Positions 28,906 through 36,721 of a DNA stretch of 36,721 nucleotides are shown one piece after another; the first letter of the stretch is position 1, and each line of letters begins with the position of its first letter. The notes beneath the pieces are model-generated. The model was not told the origin of the DNA. It was given only the letters and a program-made list of their open reading frames with translations, and searched no databases. Made by a program: the position numbers and the translations under genes. The stretch lies in sequence record DRR378314_1330; one strand, written 5' to 3'.

Positions 28906-29562
28906 ATGTCCAATATCTTCCTTATCGGCGCCACGGGCGGCGTCGGCAGCCGCCTTGGCCCGAAACTCGTGGGCGCCGGCCACAGCGTCAAAGGCCTGCA
29001 CCGCAAGCCTGAACAGGCGGGTGATCTGCGCGAACACGGCGTTGAGCCGGTCTATGGCAACATCATCGACATGACGGCTGACGACATCGCCAGCGCCATG
29101 GCTGGCTGCGATACAGCCATCTTCTCTGCCGGGGCCGCCGGATCGGGCCGCGACAAGACCACGGCAATTGATGGCGAAGGCCCCGAAAAGCTGATTGAAG
29201 CCGCGCGCGCCACGGGCGTGAACCGCATCTACATGGTTTCCGTCATCATGGATGCCGGACGCGACCGCGACACGAGCGATGATTTCGAGCACTATATGGC
29301 CATGAAACGCCGCGCCGATGCGGCCCTGGCCACCAGCGGCATCGACTACGTCATCCTGCGCCCCGGAACGCTGAAAGACGATGATGGCGACGGCAAAGTC
29401 AGCGCCGGGCGCGCCATCACCTATGGAGACGTGGCCCGGGGCAACGTCGCCGCGACGCTGGCCGAACTGATTAACACGCCCGAGATCACCAATGAGATCA
29501 TCGAGCTGACCAATGGCGAAACCCCCATCACAGATGCAGTCGCCAGCCTGAAACGGGGCTGA
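28906..29562 (+). CDS. Atypical SDR / NAD(P)H-binding oxidoreductase
   Basis: IGATGGVG Rossmann motif, FSAGAAG, Y..MK..AD, ILRPG.L, V.R..VA. RBS AGGAG. Confidence 0.9.
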   Translation: MSNIFLIGATGGVGSRLGPKLVGAGHSVKGLHRKPEQAGDLREHGVEPVYGNIIDMTADDIASAMAGCDTAIFSAGAAGSGRDKTTAIDGEGPEKLIEAARATGVNRIYMVSVIMDAGRDRDTSDDFEHYMAMKRRADAALATSGIDYVILRPGTLKDDDGDGKVSAGRAITYGDVARGNVAATLAELINTPEITNEIIELTNGETPITDAVASLKRG

Positions 29563-29613
29563 CACGCCCGCGCCGCCATATCATGATGCCGCTCAACATC
29601 TCGGAGGGGCATC

Positions 29614-30294
29614 ATGAAAACCAGCACCGACACCCACGTCCCGCTCAGCAGTTTCCCGCATTATCCTGAAGAGGAAATGCTGCAACGGGCAGTGGCGTTT
29701 CATGACTCCCTGGCCACCCGCCGATCGGTCAGGGATTTCTCGGACGCGCCCGTCCCGCGCGAAATCATCGAGGCCTGTATCGCCACGGCCGGCTCCGCCC
29801 CGTCCGGCGCAAACCACCAGCCCTGGTTCTTCGCTTGTGTGAACAGCGCCGAAAAGAAGCGGGAGATCCGCGAAGCGGCCGAGGCCGAGGAACGCGAATT
29901 CTATTCAGGGCGCGCCGGGGAAGACTGGCTCGACGCGCTCGCGCCCATCGGCACGGATGCCGACAAACCCTATATGGAAACCGCGCCTTGGCTGATCTGC
30001 ATCTTCGCGCAGCGTCGCGGCGGCGCACATGAGGGTGAAGACCGCAAGAACTACTATATCCATGAAAGCGTCGGCATCGCCACCGGCATGCTGATGGCGG
30101 CCTGCCACCAGGCTGGGCTGGCCACCCTCGTCCACACGCCCAATCCGATGAAGTTCCTGAACGGAATTTGTGATCGTCCGGAAACGGAAAAGCCTTTCCT
30201 GATCCTCGTCGCGGGGTACCCAGCAGATGGCGCGATGGTGCCGAAACATGCCTTGGTGAAAAAGCCGCTCGATCAGATCATGGGCGTGCTTTAG
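29614..30294 (+). CDS. Nitroreductase-family flavoprotein, iodotyrosine deiodinase (IYD)-like
   Basis: [61 protein letters not shown]. Confidence 0.88.
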   Translation: MKTSTDTHVPLSSFPHYPEEEMLQRAVAFHDSLATRRSVRDFSDAPVPREIIEACIATAGSAPSGANHQPWFFACVNSAEKKREIREAAEAEEREFYSGRAGEDWLDALAPIGTDADKPYMETAPWLICIFAQRRGGAHEGEDRKNYYIHESVGIATGMLMAACHQAGLATLVHTPNPMKFLNGICDRPETEKPFLILVAGYPADGAMVPKHALVKKPLDQIMGVL

Positions 30295-31127
30295 CCGCCC
30301 ACCGTCACGGCAGGTCCGGGCAGGTGGATCGTATAGAAGCTGAGTGGCTTTTCGCCGGGCTTTCGGCCTTCAGCCGCAATATGAATATCCCCGCGAAGGT
30401 CCGGCGGAATTCCATTGCTAATGGAGCGAATATCGCCGCCGGGCAGTTCCGCTGTAAACTGACGGAAATTCCAGCCTTCCAGTACCGGCATCTGCCGCAG
30501 CCGGTCGCCCGCCTTCATGCGCACCGGCACATCCCGCGCAAGGCTGCCGGACAGGTTCAGGAAGTTCTGCGTTACCCAGACACCCTTGTCAGTGCGTGCG
30601 ACGCCCATTGCGACATGAGTGGCCTCTTCGCTCAGGATATTTGCCCTGTGGCCGGGACTGTCCATCAGGTTCTGATGCAGGCGGCGCACGGCTTCCCGCT
30701 CCAGATTCCACCGCCCCTGAACCACTTCCAGCATCGCGACATTCTCGGCAGAATACTGCACCAGTGCCCGCCGATCAAAGGCTGCAATCCGATCCTGCGG
30801 CTCGCGCCCGTCCGGGCCGACATGACCAAAAAAGTCATTATACGCCATATCGAGGCTATGAAACCGTGCCGTGTTGCGGAGGTGAGCGCGGTAAACCAGC
30901 GGAGCGAGCCCCGCCTCTTTCCGCGCAGCATTCGTCAGTCGCAGGAACTCCCGCTCCATGCGCGCATCGAACGTATAGCCCTCTGGCAGGCTGACGAAAC
31001 AGGGCCGAACCTGTTCCACATAGTCCGCCACAGCTTCCCCCCGATCAGACAGGCCCAGCTCGCAAGCCAGGGCGGGCAAGCCCAGCAGCACAGGCATCAG
31101 GCCAATAATCAGGGGTCTCAACATCAT
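30291..31127 (-). CDS. CAP (SCP-like) domain secreted protein
   Basis: Signal peptide; [44 protein letters not shown]. Start uncertain (31124-31151). Confidence 0.88.
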   Translation of the reverse strand: MMLRPLIIGLMPVLLGLPALACELGLSDRGEAVADYVEQVRPCFVSLPEGYTFDARMEREFLRLTNAARKEAGLAPLVYRAHLRNTARFHSLDMAYNDFFGHVGPDGREPQDRIAAFDRRALVQYSAENVAMLEVVQGRWNLEREAVRRLHQNLMDSPGHRANILSEEATHVAMGVARTDKGVWVTQNFLNLSGSLARDVPVRMKAGDRLRQMPVLEGWNFRQFTAELPGGDIRSISNGIPPDLRGDIHIAAEGRKPGEKPLSFYTIHLPGPAVTVGG

Positions 31128-31166
31128 CTCACAGGAACTATATCCCGGCAAAGATGAACAGGACAG

Positions 31167-32075
31167 TTACGGTTTCGGCGGCCAGGGCTGCAGCTGTTCG
31201 CGCTTCAATTGGCGACGATCTGCCACCGAATGGCTGTAATCATGATCAAACGGCGCGCTTTCCCAGCTGCCATAGCCAGGATTGGGCAGGGCGATCCATT
31301 CACGGCCCCATTTGTCCGCGTTCGCTTCGTATACGGCCTGACGGTCTGCCGGACTGGTCTTGTAGTCGTCCGTAAAGTCACCAAGATTGTCGCCGATCAT
31401 CAACAGGATGCGGTAATCCTTCGCCACCACGCTCCAGCGCGAAGACTTGGCAGAACCCCAGTCCGGCTGCTCTTTCTTGGTCAGCAACGTGTCGACATTG
31501 CCGCCCATCGGAAAGCCCAGCGCCGCCAGATTTCGGGCCGTGCCCTCTTCTGTCACCGCATCGCGATTCGTCACGTAAAACACCTTCACGCCTTTGGCCG
31601 CTGCTGCGCGGGTAAATTCAACAGCGCCCGGAACAGCGCTTGCCACGCCAGCGCTCGCCCAATCGTTCCAGCGGTCCGGATCGAATTGTTCGCCCGCCAG
31701 AATGTCGTCCGCCGCATAGGGCGTATTGTCCAGAACGGTCTCGTCTGCGTCCAGAATGATTGCCGGGGGGAGATCCTGATACGCTGCGCCCTGCAAATCC
31801 GGCGCGGCGGTCCAGTCCGGATCGGCCAGCGCCTGATCCAGACGCATCGCCGCCAGCGCGTAGATGCCATCGGTCGTCGCCTTGTACTCAACCGCCTGCT
31901 GCGCCCAGAGCACAGCGTTCAGCCGGTCATCCTGCGGCACGGCCTCGGTGACGAGCACTTCCCGCTCCACCACCACTTCGCGCACCGGCGCAGACCCTTC
32001 GTCAACATACACACAGGCCGAGATAGCCAGCGGTGCGAGCAAGCCCGCCATGAAAAGTGAATTTATGCGTGTCAT
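31167..32075 (-). CDS. Class C acid phosphatase / 5'-nucleotidase lipoprotein, e(P4) family (HAD)
   Basis: Lipobox ISAC, IILDADETVLDN, VTNR, GDNLGDF, LPNPGYGSWE. Start at 32075 after GGGAG. Confidence 0.9.
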   Translation of the reverse strand: MTRINSLFMAGLLAPLAISACVYVDEGSAPVREVVVEREVLVTEAVPQDDRLNAVLWAQQAVEYKATTDGIYALAAMRLDQALADPDWTAAPDLQGAAYQDLPPAIILDADETVLDNTPYAADDILAGEQFDPDRWNDWASAGVASAVPGAVEFTRAAAAKGVKVFYVTNRDAVTEEGTARNLAALGFPMGGNVDTLLTKKEQPDWGSAKSSRWSVVAKDYRILLMIGDNLGDFTDDYKTSPADRQAVYEANADKWGREWIALPNPGYGSWESAPFDHDYSHSVADRRQLKREQLQPWPPKP

Positions 32076-32134
32076 GGCCATCTCCCGTTGCGATGGCCTG
32101 ATTTCTACCAGACGGCTTCCATGCCGAAAAGCGC

Positions 32135-32821
32135 CTAGATGGCCCCGCAATTCTGCAAGCGCGCCAGAACGGGTGCAATCATGCGCTCAATCGCTTCCTC
32201 GGTCGGGCGCACATTGCCATAGGCGGGCAGCCCCTCATCCGCAATCACGAGATCAGCTTCAAACTTTGCAGGATACGTCCATTGGTAGTGCGCGGCGCGA
32301 ACCGTGCCGAGATATTGCTGCAGAACGCTCTCCAGGCTACGGCCCCGCTCCGTCACATCACGGCGAATTCGGCGCGCCAGGCGCAAATCATCCGGCGTAT
32401 CCACATAGACCGACAAATCGATCAGGGAGCTGATTTTCGGGAAGGACAGCGCGTGAATGCCCTCAAGGATCAGGATCGGCGCAGACTTGATTTCGCGCGT
32501 CTTCTCGCTGCGGTCATGGCGCTCATAGTCATAGATCGGCTGCTGGATCGTCTCGCCCGCCTTCAGCGCGCGCAGATCCTTAACCAGCCGATCGGCCTCC
32601 TTCGAGCGTGGCGCATCATAGTTGATGCCTGCCACCAGCTCGGTCCACTCTTCCTTTGTGGCCGGCTCGCCATAATGACTCATCGGGTAGTAATACGCGT
32701 CTTCACCGAACAGCACTGCCTGGCCCTCCGGCAAGTGCTCCAGCAGGGCCTCGGCCAAGGTCGACTTGCCAGATCCGGAACCGCCCGACATCGCGACTAG
32801 GAAGGGTTTCTTTTTTGCCAT
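32135..32821 (-). CDS. udk: Uridine kinase family protein
   Basis: SGGSGSGKST P-loop, EDAYY, NYDAP, PIYDY..HDR, ILEGI, RLARRIRRDVTERGR. Confidence 0.9.
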   Translation of the reverse strand: MAKKKPFLVAMSGGSGSGKSTLAEALLEHLPEGQAVLFGEDAYYYPMSHYGEPATKEEWTELVAGINYDAPRSKEADRLVKDLRALKAGETIQQPIYDYERHDRSEKTREIKSAPILILEGIHALSFPKISSLIDLSVYVDTPDDLRLARRIRRDVTERGRSLESVLQQYLGTVRAAHYQWTYPAKFEADLVIADEGLPAYGNVRPTEEAIERMIAPVLARLQNCGAI

Positions 32822-32863
32822 GATGCCAACGGGTCTAGCGGCAATTACCTTGTCGCTTCAATG

Positions 32864-32891
32864 AAAAAAGGCCGCCCGGTGGGGCGGCCTT
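32864..32891 (-). terminator. Rho-independent terminator of pnp
   Basis: AAGGCCGCC-CGGTGG-GGCGGCCTT stem with an A-run on its left (U-tract on the minus strand). Confidence 0.87.
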
Positions 32892-32916
32892 CTGCAATTG
32901 GTGAGTGGGGAGAGGT

Positions 32917-35052
32917 CTATTCCTCTTCGCCGCCCTCGTCCTTGGTAAGTTCCTTGCCGGTCTCCTGATCGACAACTTTCATGGACAGGCGCACCTTACC
33001 GCGATCGTCGAAGCCCATCAGCTTGACCCAGACCGTGTCGCCTTCCTTCACCATGTCTTTTGGATGGTTCACGCGCTCGTTCGCCATCTGCGAAACGTGC
33101 ACCAGACCGTCCTTCGGACCGAAGAAGTTCACGAAGATACCGAAATCCTTCAGGCCAACAACCTTGCCTTCATAGATTTCGCCAACTTCCGGCTCTGCGA
33201 CGATCTCCTTGATCATCTTCAGTGCCTTGTTGATCGACTCCTTGTCGAGCGCGGAAACCTGAACCGTGCCGTCATCATCGATGTTCACCTTGGCGCCGGA
33301 CTCTTCCACGATACCGCGGATGACCTTGCCGCCGGACCCGATCACGTCACGGATCTTGTCGGTTGGCACCTTGATGATTTCCATCTGCGGAGCGTTGTCG
33401 GACAGGCTGTCGCGCGACGTATCCAGCGCTTTCGCCATTTCACCGAGGATATGCAGGCGGCCACCGCTTGCCTGAGCAAGGGCTTTTTCCATGATGTCCT
33501 TGGTGATACCGGCCACCTTGATGTCCATCTGAAGGCTGGTCACACCCGCTTCCGTACCGGCCACCTTGAAATCCATGTCGCCGAGATGATCCTCGTCACC
33601 GAGAATGTCGGACAGGACGGCGAAGTCTTCGCCTTCCAGGATCAGGCCCATGGCGATACCCGAAACCGGGCGCTTCACCGGCACGCCGGCATCCATCATG
33701 GCGAGAGAGCAGCCACACACGGTCGCCATCGAGGACGACCCGTTGGACTCGGTGATCTCGGACACGAGACGGATCGTGTACGGGAATTCCGCATGATCCG
33801 GCAGGACAGCCTGCAGCGCGCGCCAGGCGAGCTTGCCGTGGCCGATCTCGCGGCGGCCAGCGCCGCCCATGCGGCCGGTTTCGCCGACAGAGTATGGCGG
33901 GAAGTTGTAGTGCAGCAGGAAACGTTCCTTGCGGGTGCCGTCCAGGCTGTCGATGAATTGTTCGTCATCGGACGTGCCCAGCGTGGCCACACAGATAGCC
34001 TGCGTCTCACCGCGCGTGAACAGGGAAGACCCGTGCGTGCGTGGCAGGAAGCCAGCCTCCGCCAGAATCGGGCGAACCTGGTCCAGGTCACGACCATCAA
34101 TCCGCTTGCCGGTCTTGATGATATCACCCCGGACAACAGCAGCTTCAGCTTCCTTGAAGGCGGCCTTGAAAGTCTCGCCGGTCATTTCGCCCGGCTCTTC
34201 CTCGGTGCCGACCAGAGCCTCTTTCGCCTTGTCACGTGCTTCGCCGACAGCGGCCTGGCGCTGCAGCTTTTCAGTGATCTTGTAGGCGGCGGACAGGTCT
34301 GCGCCGACCAGTTTCTGAATCGCGGAAACGGCGTCGGAATTGTCGACCGGTGCGAAGTCGAACGGCTCCTTGGCGGCCTGCTCTGCCAGTTCGATGATCG
34401 CATCGATGACTGGCTGCATGGCGTCATGGCCAGCGACCACAGCGCCCAGCATGACCTCTTCGGAGAGTTCTTTCGCTTCGGATTCCACCATCATCACGGC
34501 GTCAGCCGTACCGGCGACGACGAGGTCCAGATCGGATTCTTCAAGGTCGACCACGGACGGGTTGATGATGTATTCGCCATCCTTGTAGCCAACGCGGGCT
34601 GCGCCGATCGGGCCCATGAACGGGGCGCCGGACAGGACGAGCGCCGCAGAGGCGCCGATCATGCCCAGAATGTCCGGATCGTTCTCAAGGTCATACGATA
34701 CAGCCGTCAGCACGACCTGGACTTCATGCTTGAAGCCCTTGACGAAAAGCGGGCGGATCGGGCGGTCGATGAGGCGAGACGTCAGCGTCTCTTTCTCGGT
34801 CGGGCGGCCTTCACGTTTGAAGTAGCCGCCGGGGATGCGGCCCGATGCGTAGTATTTTTCCTGGTAGTTCACAGTCAGGGGGAAGAAGTCCTGACCCGGT
34901 TTTGCTTCCTTGGCATAGACAGCCGTGGCGAGGACGCTCGTGTCCCCATAGGTCACCATGACGGCGCCATCGGCCTGGCGGGCCACCTGGCCCGTTTCAA
35001 TCGTCAGTGTGCGGCCGGCCCATTCCAGCGACACGGATTTCTTGTCAAACAT
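32917..35052 (-). CDS. pnp: Polyribonucleotide nucleotidyltransferase (PNPase)
   Basis: [56 protein letters not shown] and S1 domains. ATG at 35052. Confidence 0.98.
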   Translation of the reverse strand: MFDKKSVSLEWAGRTLTIETGQVARQADGAVMVTYGDTSVLATAVYAKEAKPGQDFFPLTVNYQEKYYASGRIPGGYFKREGRPTEKETLTSRLIDRPIRPLFVKGFKHEVQVVLTAVSYDLENDPDILGMIGASAALVLSGAPFMGPIGAARVGYKDGEYIINPSVVDLEESDLDLVVAGTADAVMMVESEAKELSEEVMLGAVVAGHDAMQPVIDAIIELAEQAAKEPFDFAPVDNSDAVSAIQKLVGADLSAAYKITEKLQRQAAVGEARDKAKEALVGTEEEPGEMTGETFKAAFKEAEAAVVRGDIIKTGKRIDGRDLDQVRPILAEAGFLPRTHGSSLFTRGETQAICVATLGTSDDEQFIDSLDGTRKERFLLHYNFPPYSVGETGRMGGAGRREIGHGKLAWRALQAVLPDHAEFPYTIRLVSEITESNGSSSMATVCGCSLAMMDAGVPVKRPVSGIAMGLILEGEDFAVLSDILGDEDHLGDMDFKVAGTEAGVTSLQMDIKVAGITKDIMEKALAQASGGRLHILGEMAKALDTSRDSLSDNAPQMEIIKVPTDKIRDVIGSGGKVIRGIVEESGAKVNIDDDGTVQVSALDKESINKALKMIKEIVAEPEVGEIYEGKVVGLKDFGIFVNFFGPKDGLVHVSQMANERVNHPKDMVKEGDTVWVKLMGFDDRGKVRLSMKVVDQETGKELTKDEGGEEE

Positions 35053-35077
35053 CAAACAGTCTTTCTTTTCACATACG

Positions 35078-35112
35078 AAAAGCCCGCCGTGGCCCTATTG
35101 CCCGGCGGGCTT
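35078..35112 (-). terminator. Hairpin / terminator between rpsO and pnp
   Basis: Minus strand reads AAGCCCGCCG-GGCAATAGGGCCA-CGGCGGGCTTTT. Confidence 0.7.
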
Positions 35113-35123
35113 GTTTGGTCAGC

Positions 35124-35393
35124 CTAGCGGCGGATGCCGAGGGCTTCGATGAGGGTCTTGTAACGCGCCTCATCCTTTTTCTTGGTATAATCAAGCAGCT
35201 TCCGGCGGGTGGCAACCATGGCCAGAAGGCCCCGGCGGGAGTGATTGTCTTTCTTGTTCGTCTTGAAGTGTTCAGTGAGGTTGTTGATCCGTTCGGTCAG
35301 GATCGCGACCTGCACTTCAGGAGAGCCGGTGTCGCCAGGCTTGGTGGCGAACTTTTCGATCAGCTCTTTTTTCTTCTCAGCGGTAATCGACAT
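35124..35393 (-). CDS. rpsO: 30S ribosomal protein S15
   Basis: 89 aa; [47 protein letters not shown]. Confidence 0.98.
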   Translation of the reverse strand: MSITAEKKKELIEKFATKPGDTGSPEVQVAILTERINNLTEHFKTNKKDNHSRRGLLAMVATRRKLLDYTKKKDEARYKTLIEALGIRR

Positions 35394-35412
35394 CGAATAT
35401 CTTTCATGTGAT

Positions 35413-35514
35413 CGCCTTGCGGCGGGTTTCATCTAAACGCCTGAATTGGCGGGGTTTTCGGGTGACTATCCGCAGCTCCAGGCCACGGCCGGGATGTCGT
35501 CCAGCCGGGTCAGA
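35413..35514 (-). promoter_or_regulatory. Structured rpsO 5' leader, candidate S15 autoregulatory RNA
   Basis: Minus strand: hairpin CGGCUGG-ACGACAUC-CCGGCCG, helix GCCUGGA/UUCAGGC, imperfect closing helix UCUGAC/GUUUAGA, and a CGCC-GCAA-GGCG tetraloop hairpin upstream of the RBS. Confidence 0.7.
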
Positions 35515-35540
35515 ACCCGATATCCCACCACAAGGGGCGG

Positions 35541-35569
35541 CTTATGGCTCATTTCAGGCGGAATTGGAA
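35541..35569 (-). promoter_or_regulatory. Putative sigma70 promoter of rpsO-pnp
   Basis: Minus strand TTCCAA-N17-CATAAG, just upstream of the structured leader. Confidence 0.5.
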
Positions 35570-35727
35570 GGGGTGGGGGTGCGTATTCATGCTTCGCATC
35601 GGAGAGTCTTTTTTAGATAAAAAGGCGCTTCAATCTCATATTGAGTCGGATACGCACTACAAATTTGATACAATCCGTATTATATGAAACATAAGTAGAA
35701 CACGCTCTTTGGATTATTGGAGGCACT

Positions 35728-35895
35728 ATGCGACTTCTATCGAAGGAATCAGCAAAGAACGCTCGAGCCGCGCAAACCAGCTTTGGGAGTTGGAAAGCGG
35801 CAAAATCTGAGGGTACGCGCCGCGATGATGGCGTGATCGTCTTGAAAAGAGATGGTAAGACCGGAAAGTTTAAATCTTCTCCAAATAAGAAGTAG
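35728..35895 (+). CDS. Small basic hypothetical protein (55 aa; not in ORF track)
   Basis: GGAGG at 35719-35723, ATG 35728, TAG 35893-35895. MRLLSKESAKNARAAQTSFGSWKAAKSEGTRRDDGVIVLKRDGKTGKFKSSPNKK. Ends 10 nt before the next ATG. Confidence 0.65.
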   Translation: MRLLSKESAKNARAAQTSFGSWKAAKSEGTRRDDGVIVLKRDGKTGKFKSSPNKK

Positions 35896-35905
35896 CGAGC
35901 CCAGT

Positions 35906-36640
35906 ATGAACTCGGTTTCCCTTGTACTGGCGATGGTTCTTTTTCTGTCGTCAGGCTTGGGGGTATATGCTGGCTTTTTTATTCTTGGGGGAAACGCACA
36001 ATTTAAGGCTGCTCCGCCTAGGCCTAGTTCAATAGTCAGTTTCACGATTGTAGTCTTTGGATCCGTGCTCACGCATGCAGTGGCATCAACATTGGCCTAC
36101 TGGTTAGACCGGGGACATGCTAGTTGGGCCCTCGCCCGCCTCAACCACTCTCCCAATCCATATGAATTGGCGCTTCAGCTAACCGCTGATCCTATATCCA
36201 TCTCCGGTTCTGCAATCAGTTATTTACTCTTTTGGACAGCGGTCATCCCGATTATCGCAACTCTTCTAGCCTGGGCAACGTCGAACCAATTTCTAAAACA
36301 ACGCTCTATCGCTTCATTTTTTTACGGATGGATGGAGCCAATTGTACGCCAGGCTGCTCCGGATGAGAATTGGATAGTTGCCTTCGTTGTCACCAGAATC
36401 ACTATTGGAGACCACCTCATCGGGTATGAGGGAACCGTTAAAGAAGTCACGATCGATCCAGACAAACAGCTCACTTCAATTACTCTAGTAGACGTGGAAC
36501 GGTTTCTATTAGGGAGGCAAGGGCGTAGTCTCCGCCGGCAAACTCCCTTGGAAAGTGTTCCAAAAATCGAGACGCTTCATATTCCCTCAGACAGGATAGA
36601 GAATACAGCATTTACGACGTTCGCAATCGTCGAAGAATAG
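35906..36640 (+). CDS. Hypothetical membrane protein (about 3 TM plus beta-rich C-terminal domain), low GC
   Basis: ATG 35906 (MNSVSL), 244 aa, three hydrophobic segments, AT-rich codons unlike the flanking genes. Confidence 0.8.
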   Translation: MNSVSLVLAMVLFLSSGLGVYAGFFILGGNAQFKAAPPRPSSIVSFTIVVFGSVLTHAVASTLAYWLDRGHASWALARLNHSPNPYELALQLTADPISISGSAISYLLFWTAVIPIIATLLAWATSNQFLKQRSIASFFYGWMEPIVRQAAPDENWIVAFVVTRITIGDHLIGYEGTVKEVTIDPDKQLTSITLVDVERFLLGRQGRSLRRQTPLESVPKIETLHIPSDRIENTAFTTFAIVEE

Positions 36641-36721
36641 ATCTCTTCTACCCCCAATCCGTCTGATAGCTCCCCGCCCCATACTAAGCATCTGCCCTCA
36701 CGGGAGCCGGATCAGGTGCCG

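Noticed and set aside
32905..35127. 740-aa plus-strand ORF antisense to pnp
   Set aside because: Shadow ORF produced by codon bias of a highly expressed high-GC gene; no motifs, and it overlaps pnp exactly.
35749..36072. 107-aa minus-strand ORF in the low-GC region
   Set aside because: It overlaps both plus-strand ORFs, which have better support (RBS, TM pattern, operon spacing).
36698..36721. Possible 3' end of a minus-strand gene (...RHLIRLP*)
   Set aside because: Only 8 codons are visible, too few to identify it or to say whether it is truB.

Overview
High-GC alphaproteobacterial chromosome segment. Gene content (zitP next to ftsEX, two TonB receptors, fabA/fabI, pnp-rpsO) suggests the Caulobacterales/Hyphomonadaceae group; this is an inference. 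Most of it is housekeeping: tRNA 3' end, DUF1150-like gene, ilvA, tandem FKBP, cysQ, glmM, esterase, two divergent TonB-dependent receptors, selO, HNH, the ftsE-ftsX-ydcF-plsC-DUF2125-alkA run, zitP-hpt, fabA, fabI, udk, pnp and rpsO. The items that stand out are: (1) a low-GC two-gene cassette upstream of rpsO, made of a 55-aa basic ORF missing from the ORF track and a 3-TM protein with a possible Sm-like C-terminal domain; (2) a Tat-signal protein with two caspase-like domains, one with an intact His/Cys dyad and one degenerate; (3) a His-rich, CxxCH-containing TPR-like protein where fabB usually lies between fabA and fabI; (4) an iodotyrosine-deiodinase-type nitroreductase; (5) a 1-nt frameshift splitting one TonB receptor; (6) a structured rpsO leader. 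I saw no CRISPR array, integrase, transposase or prophage. All calls come from motif reading and recalled family knowledge; no searches were run.
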